A program made the position numbers and the translations under genes. Below, piece after piece: positions 36,047 through 46,212 of a DNA stretch of 64,000 bases (within the stretch, counting starts at the first letter, position 1; each line of letters starts with the position of its first letter). The notes under the pieces were generated by a model. That model was not told the DNA's origin. It worked only from the letters and a program-made list of their open reading frames with translations, and searched no databases. This DNA is from Thermodesulfovibrionales bacterium (GTDB lineage: Bacteria; Nitrospirota; Thermodesulfovibrionia; Thermodesulfovibrionales; SM23-35): assembly GCA_963715195.1 (NCBI GenBank), contig CAVQRT010000031.1, forward strand, positions 256,001 to 320,000, read 5' to 3'.

Positions 36047-38056
36047 TCACACCTGCATTTTCTGCAGTTCAGTCAGCAAATCATTCAGGACAGGATATTT
36101 ATTCTTTGCCAAAGCTGCATCTTCTCCGAGTAATCTCAAGCCTTCCGGAACGTATTTCAGGAAATACTTCTTCCCCTTTGTGAAAGTTAAATATGCATAT
36201 GCGCCAAGGGCCTGCATATGGCGCTGAAGGCGGCAAGGAAGCAGGGTTTCCCTGAATTCATTTTTCGTAATCCCCCCTAATCCTTTTTTATGAAATGGGG
36301 AATTTTTTTGGGGGATTACTTTATAGACATAATAATCAAGCAATTTTTCCCTTAAGGCATCTTCGAGCCGGTAATACGGATCCCATAATAGTGAGACAAC
36401 ATCGTAGGCAGGGGGTCCGATTCTTGCTCCCTGATAATCCAGAATTCTTGGAATGCCGCCTTTGGTGATCATGATATTTTGTGACTGGAAATCACGATGA
36501 ACAATTGTCTTTGGAAAAGAATCTACGGTCAAGGCGAGTTGGTGGAATTCCCCTTCAAGATATGCGAGAACCTTGCTATGAACTTCCATGAAGCTATGAA
36601 CAAATCTTTCCAGAAAATAATTCGTTTCCCATCGGAGATGTTCATAATCAAAAACCCTATTATTAAGAAGCGGGCAATCATGCACATACGAGGATGCGGT
36701 TAAGTGAATTGAAATAAGGATGTCGAGAACCCTCCTGTATATCTCTTCAACCTGCACTTCTGAACGCGGGCATCTCAGCCAACTGAAAAGAGACACGTCG
36801 CCGAGGTCCTCAAAGAGTGCTGTTTTCTTGTTAATGTCCGCATCTATTAATTCAGGAACAGGAACGGAATATCTTCTCAAAAAGGTTGTATATTCTAAAT
36901 GCCGCCGAAAGTCAGGATCGTTTTGATTACAGCGCATGTGTACCACGGAATAACCGTTTTTTCTGATCCTGTAATATTTTCTATCGGATCCGCCGGCACC
37001 GATCAAGTACAAGTGATGATCTGCACTCTCATAGAGGTCTGATTCCGCGAGTTGTACCTTGAATTGCCGACCGACTATGCAGTTTTCGAAAGGCCGGTTC
37101 TTGACAGGGAAAAGGCCGGGGTTTCCGGTAAGAACAATACAATTTCTCAGTTGAACAGGTTTTGTTTTTGACCCTGAACCGCGGCCTTGTTCGATCTTTT
37201 TTGGGGGGCGATTACGTTGCCCTGAAAGATAACCTCTATCTTCAATAACAATAAAACCATCGAAATCAATATCACTGCACTCTTTTACTGACGGATGTAT
37301 ATACACTGTCTCACCTGTGTTTCTCAGCTTGTCAACAACAGCCTTCGCATAAGAAGCCGGTGTGCCGATGTCTGTCCAGTAGCAGCCGGTTACATCCACA
37401 GTCCCGATTCTGTGTCCGGCTGACATGGCATTGAACCATGCATCAACGACGCTTGAATTGCCATTCGGGAGAAATTGCAGGAATTCAGGCTGGTAAAAAG
37501 CTATTCCGGTGAAGGCAACTGGGTTAGTTGGTTCTTTTCTCTTCCCCCTAAATCCCCTTACCCTCGAGGGGGGAGGAAAAGGGTGGGGATGTTTAATGAT
37601 GTCTTTCAGAAAACCGTCTTTATCAATAATGAGTCTATTGAATTCAGGATAATCATGAATTGCAAGGGTTGCGATGTTCCCCGATGAAAGATGGAACTCA
37701 CAAAGTCTCTTCAAATCCATATCACAAATGATGTCTGCATTATAGACAAGGAAAGGACCATTTTTGAGAAAATCCTCTGCGTTTTTTAAAGCACCCCCGG
37801 TGCCCAGAATAGGATCTTCGGGAAAGATGGAAATATTTTTCCCGTATGCGGAGTGTTCCAGCCAGTCCTTGATTGCCTGTTTCTTATGATGGAGATTAAT
37901 CCCTATATCATGAACGGGTAAGGCGGCTATTCTTTCGAGGACGGATTCCAAAACCGGTTTACCAAGAATCGGTAATAGTGGTTTGGGAATATATTGAGTG
38001 ATGGGAAGAAGCCTCTCGCCGAGTCCTGCAGCAAGGATGAATGCTGAGATGTTCAC
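36047..38056 (-). CDS. Fusion of MurU-like nucleotidyltransferase and AmgK-like phosphotransferase (MurNAc recycling)
   Basis: N-terminal LAAGLGERL..PKPL, GTGGAL, WTDIGT; C-terminal GGSDRKYYR, HRDFQSQN, DYQGARIGP..YD. Confidence 0.8.
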   Translation of the reverse strand: MNISAFILAAGLGERLLPITQYIPKPLLPILGKPVLESVLERIAALPVHDIGINLHHKKQAIKDWLEHSAYGKNISIFPEDPILGTGGALKNAEDFLKNGPFLVYNADIICDMDLKRLCEFHLSSGNIATLAIHDYPEFNRLIIDKDGFLKDIIKHPHPFPPPSRVRGFRGKRKEPTNPVAFTGIAFYQPEFLQFLPNGNSSVVDAWFNAMSAGHRIGTVDVTGCYWTDIGTPASYAKAVVDKLRNTGETVYIHPSVKECSDIDFDGFIVIEDRGYLSGQRNRPPKKIEQGRGSGSKTKPVQLRNCIVLTGNPGLFPVKNRPFENCIVGRQFKVQLAESDLYESADHHLYLIGAGGSDRKYYRIRKNGYSVVHMRCNQNDPDFRRHLEYTTFLRRYSVPVPELIDADINKKTALFEDLGDVSLFSWLRCPRSEVQVEEIYRRVLDILISIHLTASSYVHDCPLLNNRVFDYEHLRWETNYFLERFVHSFMEVHSKVLAYLEGEFHQLALTVDSFPKTIVHRDFQSQNIMITKGGIPRILDYQGARIGPPAYDVVSLLWDPYYRLEDALREKLLDYYVYKVIPQKNSPFHKKGLGGITKNEFRETLLPCRLQRHMQALGAYAYLTFTKGKKYFLKYVPEGLRLLGEDAALAKNKYPVLNDLLTELQKMQV
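36267..36319. repeat. GTAATCCCCC-type palindromic element inside the CDS, in frame
   Basis: GTAATCCCCCCTAATCC...GGGGGATTAC; matches the reverse complement of intergenic 38197-38233. Confidence 0.55.
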
Positions 38057-38067
38057 GGTATTTTTAT

Positions 38068-38152
38068 GTCATTTCGACTTGATCGGAATCTTTCTTGGAT
38101 TGCTTTATCATAGAGGATTCATGAAGAAGGATTCCAGACAAGCTGGAATGAA
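38068..38152. repeat. REP-like repeat, copy 3
   Basis: GTCATTTCGACTTGATCGGAATC...GGATTCCAGACAAGCTGGAATGA. Confidence 0.65.
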
Positions 38153-38196
38153 AGATTGTATACATTATCATTATAAGAGCATACTCTTCTTATTAA

Positions 38197-38233
38197 AATC
38201 CCACTTTTATAAAGGAGATATTAGGGGGATTAC
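38197..38233. repeat. GTAATCCCCC-type element, intergenic copy
   Basis: Reverse complement GTAATCCCCCTAATATCTCCTTTATAAAAGTGGGATT. Confidence 0.5.
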
Positions 38234-38245
38234 TGAATGAATTAC

Positions 38246-39430
38246 TCAATCATATAGTAAATACTTTTTTCTCATATTCTTATTAAACTGAATACATTCC
38301 TTCTGCCACCATGCTTCCATGCGATCTAATGACACACTGTTTTCGATATCCCGCCGCAACCTGTCTGTGCCGGCAAGGATATCAACAGGCATTTTCTCAT
38401 ATTCATACTCATAAGGAGGTTGTTTCCATGCAAATTGGTCCGGATATAAATCGTGTATTGCTTTTATCACAGCAGCTCCTGTTTTCAGCGGTCTGAATTT
38501 TTCCCTGTCGGTGACATGGATCTGGGCTCCTCCACATAATCTGCCGGCATATTTTTGAAAAGTGGGCTGAAAATACACCGGCCTGAAAATTACCCCGGAT
38601 ATTTGATGTTTCTTGAGACGTCCGACAAGCAGATCAGGGTCAATAAACGGCGCGCCAAATAATTCGAAAGGTCTTGTTGTGCCTCTGCCTTCGCTTATAT
38701 TGGTTCCTTCAAGAAGACACATGCCGGGATACACCATCGCGGTATCCTGCGTCGGCATATTCGGAGATGGCATAACCCAGGGGCATCCGGTTTGATCAAA
38801 CCACATCCTTCTCTCCCAGCCTTGCATAGAAATGACATGAAAATCGAGCGATGGATAGTATTCACCGTGGAGATAGTTTCCTATTTCACCGATTGTCATC
38901 CCGTGACGCACAGGAATGGGATGCCGGCCAACAAACGAGGCAAATGTTTTGTTCAAAACAGGACCTTCGGTGAGATGTCCGCCTATCGGATTCGGCCTGT
39001 CAAGTACGACAACCGATTTATTCATTTCTGTACAAGCCTGCATGCAGAGGTCCATCGTCCATATAAACGTATAGTAACGGGAACCAATATCCTGCAGATC
39101 TATGAGCATTCCATCCAAATTTTTCAGCATGGAAGTATCAGGTTTGCGGTTTCTCCCATAGAGGCTGAAGACGGGCAGGTCTGTTTTTCTGTCATGAAAT
39201 CCTTCCCATTCAACCATATTGTCTTGTGTCTCACCACGAATTCCATGTTGCGGGCCGAAAAGGGCTTTGAGTTCAAATTGTTTGGATTTGTGTATCAAGC
39301 AGGCGGTATGCTCCAGATTCCTGTTTACTGATGCAGGATGTACCAGGAGGCCTACCCTGGCTTTCCTCAGGCTGCGCGGCCATTTTTCCCCGAAGAGATC
39401 AATCCCTGATTTTACAGGAAGAAGAGGCAT
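38246..39430 (-). CDS. namZ: Exo-beta-N-acetylmuramidase NamZ (DUF1343)
   Basis: LFGPQHG, DLQDIGSRYYTF, DRPNP, PSPNMP, SEGRGTTRPFE. Confidence 0.88.
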   Translation of the reverse strand: MPLLPVKSGIDLFGEKWPRSLRKARVGLLVHPASVNRNLEHTACLIHKSKQFELKALFGPQHGIRGETQDNMVEWEGFHDRKTDLPVFSLYGRNRKPDTSMLKNLDGMLIDLQDIGSRYYTFIWTMDLCMQACTEMNKSVVVLDRPNPIGGHLTEGPVLNKTFASFVGRHPIPVRHGMTIGEIGNYLHGEYYPSLDFHVISMQGWERRMWFDQTGCPWVMPSPNMPTQDTAMVYPGMCLLEGTNISEGRGTTRPFELFGAPFIDPDLLVGRLKKHQISGVIFRPVYFQPTFQKYAGRLCGGAQIHVTDREKFRPLKTGAAVIKAIHDLYPDQFAWKQPPYEYEYEKMPVDILAGTDRLRRDIENSVSLDRMEAWWQKECIQFNKNMRKKYLLYD

Positions 39431-39436
39431 AGGATA

Positions 39437-40192
39437 TTACGGAATCGTGTCAATTGAGGCGAAAGCCGGTTCATGCAGAGGCAGTATAATGTCTGCCATA
39501 TCCCGAACTTTCAGGACGATATCGTAGGCTTCATAGACATTGACGACTGTCCCCGGAGGGATGACTTCCATTTCCATAGCACGTATCTTCGGGGGAGGAT
39601 TGAAATTTTCCATGATGAGGCAGAAACCTGTAATTGCTGCTTTCCCCTTTTCAGTATTGATCAAAACAGTCATGCCACCCTCGGTATGTGCTGGCGTATG
39701 TACCATGGTAATCCCCGGCAGGATTTCCGTATCATCTGAGAGGAGCTTAATCTGACCATTCTTTTCGGTATCAATGATAAAATCCTCATTATATCGGATG
39801 TCGAGGGGATGCACATTGTGTATTCGCTCAATTTCTTTTTGATGAACATAGAAAGTAGCATTTTTACATTTGTCATCATTCTCGCAATGATCATTATGCA
39901 GGTGAGTGTGTATGACAATATCGATATCTTCCGGCTTTAACCCCCAACGGCTTAACCCTTCCTCAAATGTGTAGATTTTTCCGCCGATCGCCTCTTCCCG
40001 CTCTCTTGATTTAAAGGGTGCCATTTCTCCGGTATCAACCAATATTTTCCGATCGCCCCCCTCGATATACCAGCAGTAGATGGGTATGGTGTATAGCTTT
40101 CCATAGTCGTGTTGGTAAGTCATCATCCCTTTATCAAAAACCTTTGTACCCATTACGATGGGATGAATGCGGTAATTGTATGGTCTACTCAT
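39437..40192 (-). CDS. N-acyl homoserine lactonase-family MBL hydrolase
   Basis: LVDTG, HTHLHNDH, TPAHT, terminal PLHE; alternative start 40204. Confidence 0.8.
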   Translation of the reverse strand: MSRPYNYRIHPIVMGTKVFDKGMMTYQHDYGKLYTIPIYCWYIEGGDRKILVDTGEMAPFKSREREEAIGGKIYTFEEGLSRWGLKPEDIDIVIHTHLHNDHCENDDKCKNATFYVHQKEIERIHNVHPLDIRYNEDFIIDTEKNGQIKLLSDDTEILPGITMVHTPAHTEGGMTVLINTEKGKAAITGFCLIMENFNPPPKIRAMEMEVIPPGTVVNVYEAYDIVLKVRDMADIILPLHEPAFASIDTIP

Positions 40193-40401
40193 TTGTCCAT
40201 CCATATAAGCAAAGGCTATATAATTTTTGTTTGTTAATCAAAAATTTGCATCGTGTAGCGTATTATTCATGCTGCCATAATTTGGATTTTCCCGACCATA
40301 ATGATATACAAGTTACATGGTGTGCATACCTTGACAATACCACATATTGCTGTTAAATTTAACTAGAGCCTATATCAGAGCAGTAATATCGGCTGGAATC
40401 C

Positions 40402-40494
40402 GTCACCCCCGCGAAGGCGGGGGGGCCACTTAAAGCCTTTAACACATGGATTCCCGCCGGAGTTTACCCTCGTGAAGACGGTGGCGGGAATGGC
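40402..40494. repeat. REP-like repeat, copy 4
   Basis: GTCACCCCCGCGAAGGCGGGG...GGATTCCCGCC...GGCGGGAATGGC. Confidence 0.65.
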
Positions 40495-40611
40495 AACCGC
40501 TTGAGGATCTATAATAAAAAAGGAATTTTGATATGGGTTCACGTAATAACGGTGAGATGGCTTAAGAAAAATCATATGAGCAGATCTCTACAGTAGAATT
40601 GGAGGATAAAT

Positions 40612-41052
40612 ATGTCAGAGGATATCAAAGCAAACGTTTTGTTAGTTGATGATGAGGAACAGTTTCTGAAGGTATTTTCCCAGAGACTGGAAAGCAGAGG
40701 CATGAAAGTTGACACCTCTGCAAGCGGTGAAGATGCCCTTAAGAAGGTTCACGGCAAGGACTTTGATGCAATTATTCTTGATATGGTTATGCCCGGCATG
40801 AGCGGTATAGAAACACTAAAGCGAATTCAGGCTGAAAACCCTGACATGCAAATTATCATCCTTACCGGTCATGGAACGATAGAAAAAGGTGTAGAGGCAA
40901 TGAAATCAGGAGCAGTTGATTTTCTGGAAAAGCCTGCCGACCTCAAAAAGATTATGGAAAAAATTTCTGAAGCCAAGCACAACAGAATTGTTCTCGTTGA
41001 GAAAAAGCACGAGGAAAATGTGAAGGAGATATTACAGAGTAAGGGCTGGTAA
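40612..41052 (+). CDS. Single-domain response regulator
   Basis: LLVDDE, LDMVMPGMSG, LTGHG, FLEKP. Confidence 0.9.
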   Translation: MSEDIKANVLLVDDEEQFLKVFSQRLESRGMKVDTSASGEDALKKVHGKDFDAIILDMVMPGMSGIETLKRIQAENPDMQIIILTGHGTIEKGVEAMKSGAVDFLEKPADLKKIMEKISEAKHNRIVLVEKKHEENVKEILQSKGW

Positions 41053-41064
41053 GTGTTGTAATGC

Positions 41065-41094
41065 CGGTCAAGAAGATATCTTGACCGTATTCTT
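41065..41094 (+). terminator. Probable intrinsic terminator
   Basis: CGGTCAAGA-AGATA-TCTTGACCG followed by TATTCTT. Confidence 0.5.
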
Positions 41095-41381
41095 CAGGCT
41101 GATCTTTAATTCGAGACCATTTTTTCTGAATTTTTTGAATGTGTGAAGGGTGCGCGAGGCACCAGTGCGAATAGATTTCGTCTTTGTATAGACGTATTGA
41201 TCATCATTTTCCTTTGTCATCTAAAGAGAAAGGAGTTGTTGTTTTCTCTTCAAAACTCTTTGTGAAGGACTCTTCTGAAAATGATTTATCTAAAAAGTAT
41301 GGTCTGTGTTATGGCTTTAATTCAATGAAATCTACAAAAAACAGAGACAAAAATATTGCGGTAGATACGAAAAAGAAAAAA

Positions 41382-43623
41382 ATGAAATGCTGGGAAATCT
41401 TTGCAATGCGAAAAGCAGGATTGCCCGGTGTTTCAGTCAAAAATTAAAAATTGCTGGTTAATTTCAGGAACTCTTTGCCGGGATTCAATTCAGGGTAAAT
41501 TTTTGGAAAAAATGGAGATGTGCCTTTCCTGCGAGGCATTTCAAGAAAATCATGACCTTTCCACATTGAAGGCTACACTTGATACTGTCAATAAACAGTT
41601 TACAGAATTCCGGAGGATTATTGACGACAGGGATAACGAACTGGAACTTATGAGCATGGAATTGGCCATAAGTCTTTCTGAAGTCTTCGAGGCACTCAAG
41701 CGGATTTCTTCCGGAGACCCCTCGGTCAGATTATTTGAGGAATCATCAATAGAGCTCATCAGCAAATTAAAACATCTTGTCAATTTAACTGCCGAGGAAA
41801 TCGGAGAAATTGTAGATCAATCCCATGAATTTGCTATAGTTCTTGCCGAACATTTCGATGTGCTCCATAAGGTTTCGAAGGGAGATTTGGATGCACGGGT
41901 GGCAGGAAAATCACAGATCGAGCTTCTGGAATCCTTGCAGAAAGTAACAAATGAAATGATTGAGAGCATTCAAGGTGAAATCGCAAAACGCAAGCAGGCG
42001 GACTCAGAGTTAAAGCTAGCCTATGATGAACTTGAGAATAAAGTACATGAACGCACCGCAGCGTTGAGATTAATAAATGAGAAACTCCTGCAAGAGATAG
42101 CGGAACGAAAAAGGATTGAAAGTAATCTCCGGGAGGCAGAGGTGCGCTATCAGACGGTTGCAGATTTTACTTTTGCATGGGAATATTGGGAAATGCCCGA
42201 GGGTAAAATAAGTTATATGTCTCCTTCAGGTGAACGAATCTCCGGATATAAAGTGGAGCAATTTGTTGACAATCCAAACTTCCTCTCAGAGATTATCGTA
42301 CCTGCAGACAAAGATATCTGGGTGCAACATCGCCACGATGCTCGTTCAGATATGCGTCCAAGAGATATTATGTTCCGGATCAGGAAAAAAGATGGCACGG
42401 TATGCTGGATTGAACATATCTGTCAACCGGTAATCGATGGCGAGGGCACGTTTTTAGGCATCCGTGCTAGTAACCGTGACATAACCTTGCGAAAGGAAAC
42501 CGAGGAAAAACTGAGAGATACTCTTTCATTGCTTAGTGCTACGATTGAATCAACTGCCGATGGTATCCTTGTTGTGGATATGGAAGGGAGCATAGTCATT
42601 TATAATCAAAAATTTTTGGAGATGTGGCATATCCCGTATTCAGTCATAAAGGAACGGGATGATAAGAAAACACTCTCATTCGTCCTTGATCAATTGAGGA
42701 ATCCTGAAGAATTTTTTAAAAGAGTCAGGGAATTATATGAGCACCCTGAAGCAGTGAGCTTCGATGTGCTTGCCTTCGAGGATGGGAGGGTTTTTGAGCG
42801 TTATTCTCACCCACAGAAAATCGGAGACGAGATTATTGGAAGGGTATGGAGTTTCCGAGATGTTACGGAACGGAAACAAGCAGAAAAGGCATTACGGGAA
42901 TCCGAGCAGTTATTACTGCAGGCACATAAAATGGAAGCGATCGGACGACTTGCAGCCGGTGTCGCACATGAAATCAATAATCCTCTTGCTGTCATCAATG
43001 AGAAGGCAGGTCTGATGAAAGATTTTCTTGAGTTATCCGGGGATTTTCAACAGCATAAAGAAAAATTTATTTCGTTAATCCAGGGGATTTTCGACAGTGT
43101 AGGGCGCTGTCGGACAATCACTCATCGTCTTCTTGGTTTTTCAAGGCGTGTTGATGCATTGCTCGAAACATTTGATTTGAACCTCATCGTCAGAGAGGTT
43201 ATCGATTTTGTTGAAAAGGAGCTTTTATACAAGAATGTTCAGGTGAAAATGACCTTTGCTGAGGATCTGACCCATATCGAAAGCGACAAAGGCAAGCTTC
43301 AGCAGGTAATTCTCAACATCCTGAATAATGCTGTTGATGCAGTTGAAAAGGGAGGTACCATCGAAGTTCAGACCGGCATAAAAGACGAACATACAGCGAC
43401 TGTATCGATTATCGATAATGGCCACGGGATACCCGAAAGCATACTGAACCATATTTTTGAACCTTTTTTTACGACCAAAGAAAAGGATAAAGGTACCGGG
43501 CTCGGGCTTTCGATATCCTATGGGATTATGAAAAAATTAGGAGGTACTATTTCTGTCCGGAGCAAGGTCAATGAGGGAACTACTTTTCTAATCGAGGTAC
43601 CCCGCAGAGCAAAAACTGAGTGA
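41382..43623 (+). CDS. PAS-domain sensor histidine kinase with N-terminal Cys-rich (two-CW-like) domain (+1 frameshift near 41403)
   Basis: MKCWEIF joins QCEKQDCP...CWLISGTLC; HAMP-like and two PAS domains; AHEINNPL, DNGHG, GTGLGL. Confidence 0.85.
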
Positions 43624-43634
43624 GGAGGTCGCCA

Positions 43635-44009
43635 TTGTCTCAAATAAGAGTGCTCCTCGTTGACGATGAAGTTGAATTTGCGTTAGCCTTAGCGGAACGA
43701 TTAAAGTTACGCAATTTCGATACACAAGCTGTTTCCAATGCTGAAGATGCAATAACGGAAGTTCGAAATAATCCTCCTGATATTGTGCTGCTTGATTACA
43801 GGATGCCTGGTACGGATGGTATAGGAACCCTGAAGATCATTAAAGAAATAAATCCCTCCATCGAGGTTATTATGTTGACAGGCCTCCAGGATAATCTCAG
43901 CATGGAAGAGGGAATAAAGAGCGGTGTTTTTGAATATTTGGTGAAGCCCGTAGATATTGAGGAATTGATGATAAAGATCAAGCTTGCTCAGAAGAAAAGG
44001 CAGGGTTGA
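43635..44009 (+). CDS. Single-domain response regulator
   Basis: LLVDDE, LDYRMPG, YLVKP; GAGGAGG RBS then TTG. Confidence 0.88.
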   Translation: MSQIRVLLVDDEVEFALALAERLKLRNFDTQAVSNAEDAITEVRNNPPDIVLLDYRMPGTDGIGTLKIIKEINPSIEVIMLTGLQDNLSMEEGIKSGVFEYLVKPVDIEELMIKIKLAQKKRQG

Positions 44010-44234
44010 AGTCAGCATATGCCTGCAAACTCTTGATTTCTTGTTTCTTGTCCGGAAGCCAGACCCTTCAATATAACATTCCAGAAAGCTTGTCCCATCG
44101 TTCGTTCGGTTCCAAATAAACTCAAAAGAACCCCGATAACAAAGTTATTGACTTTTTTGAAAGAACTATGATATTTTTGCACCTATCCAACAGGTAGTAC
44201 CAGTTCTCATTAGAATTCAGGAAGGGGAACATTT

Positions 44235-45493
44235 ATGAGTGATTCAACAGGTTGGGATTGGGACACAAAAGAAAAATTAGTAGCAAACATTGATGAGTGG
44301 AGAAAAAAATATTATGCCATCCGTGATCTTGTCCCCAGTGATGACGGCGAAAAAATGGCCACGATCGTTAAGAACGAAGACCGCAGATTTACCACCTGCG
44401 TCAATGGCGACGTATGGGAAGAAACCTTCGAGAGGGTCTATTCATTAAAATTCACCCCGGACGGTCAGCTCGTTTCGCTTACGTACAGAGACTATGAATG
44501 GGCCGTCGCAGTCGATCACGAGATGTGGGAGGAAAAGTTCGATTACCTGTGGAATCTTACCATAAGTCCTGATGGCAAAAGCATTGCAGTCAATATACGA
44601 ACAGGTGAGATGACAAGCGGGGTTTGTCTGAACGGGAAGACGTGGGAAAACAATTTCCCCGAGGCGAGAGATCTCATGTTAAGTCCTGACGGAAAAAGGA
44701 CTGCATCTCATGTTCAGGTAACCCCGCGTGCCGAACTAGATATCCACGGTTTTTTAAAGAAAAATTGGACAGTTGCCGTGGATGGGACTACCTGGGACAC
44801 CACCTTCTTGACAGCTTGGGGGTCTGCTTTCAGTGACGACAGCAATCATGTGGCTGCTATAGGAATGACAGACTTGTCTCAGTACACGATCGTTGTTGAC
44901 GGCAACCCTTGGGAGCAGGTTTATTCGGCGCTGTATGGGAGCCAATTTTCAAGCCCAAGAGTACTGATGTTATTGCCCCTGTGCAGACACCCAAGGGCTG
45001 GACTCTTGCAATGAACGGAAAACCGATATGGAGTAATTTTTCGCAGGTATGGAAGCAAACATATAGTCCTGATGGTAAATTGGCAGCTGTTGTTGCGGTT
45101 GATGTCGGGAAATGGACGGTAGCAGTTGATGGTATACCATGGAATGCTGTGTACAACCAGATGGTGTTATCCCCGATATTCAGTCCTGACGGGAAAAAGG
45201 TTGCGGCTGTAGTTAAAAATAATAATCGATGGACAGTTTCTGTGGATGGCGCTGTATGGTCAGAAACCTTCGATAACATATGGGATCCGGTTTTTAGTCC
45301 GGGTAGCGATATCCTGATAGCAAAGGCTGAGAAAAACGGAAGATATTTTGTTACGGTGAATGGAAAAATCGGGAAGAAGGATTATGAGTGGCTCTGGAAC
45401 CCCGTTTTTAATTCCGATGGGACAAAAATCCTGATCAGAGCTATGGATAAAGGTAAGTATTACCGCAGAATAGTGTCTGTAAACGAAATCTAA
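44235..45493 (+). CDS. tmcD: TmcD-like Trp-rich beta-propeller subunit (frameshift near 44920)
   Basis: WDWDT start, repeated SPDG..A and VDG..W units across two ORFs; first gene of the Tmc/Hmc operon. Confidence 0.75.
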
Positions 45494-45514
45494 ATTACAT
45501 AGGTAGGGGAAATT

Positions 45515-46186
45515 ATGGAATTTTTAGGAAGCACGGCACTATACAACATCCTCAGAGGTCCTCTTGTGTGGGTTGCTTTTCTTGTTTTTATCGGGGGGAG
45601 CAGTTACAGGATTTATACCCTGCTTGATCTCGCAAAAAAAGAGAAAGTCATTTTTCCATTCATCAGCCTGAAAGCCACCCTGAAGTCTCTTTTCCACTGG
45701 GTTATCCCCTTTGCTTCAAGAAACTGGAGACTCAGGCCTGTGATGACGGTGGTAACGTTTTTATTCCATATAGGTCTTGTTTTTACCCCTATCTTTCTGC
45801 TCTCCCATAATATCCTCTGGCGTGAATCCTGGGGAATAACATGGTGGAGCCTGCCTGAAAATATCGCTGATATCATGACCCTTATTGTTATTTTCACCTG
45901 TATTTTTTTCTTTCTCAGGAGGATTTTCACGCCGGAGGTCAGATTTGTTACATTTACGTCGGATTATGTTTTGCTCGCTGTTTCCTTTCTCCCTTTTTTC
46001 ACCGGATTTCTTGCGTATCACCAGTGGGCTCTTCCGCATACAGCGATGGTAAATCTCCATATCCTTTTTGGTGAAGTCATGTTGATTGCAATTCCTTTCA
46101 CGAGACTGGGCCATATGTTTTATTTCTTCTTGACGAGGTCATGGATGGGTTCCAATTTTGCCCTTTGGCACACAAGAGACTGGTAA
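45515..46186 (+). CDS. tmcC: TmcC/HmcE-like membrane cytochrome b (NarI family)
   Basis: RGPLVW, FLFHIG..H, LHILFGE..IPFTRLGH. Confidence 0.8.
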   Translation: MEFLGSTALYNILRGPLVWVAFLVFIGGSSYRIYTLLDLAKKEKVIFPFISLKATLKSLFHWVIPFASRNWRLRPVMTVVTFLFHIGLVFTPIFLLSHNILWRESWGITWWSLPENIADIMTLIVIFTCIFFFLRRIFTPEVRFVTFTSDYVLLAVSFLPFFTGFLAYHQWALPHTAMVNLHILFGEVMLIAIPFTRLGHMFYFFLTRSWMGSNFALWHTRDW

Positions 46187-46212
46187 CGAGTTCGGTATAG
46201 AGGAGGACAAGA

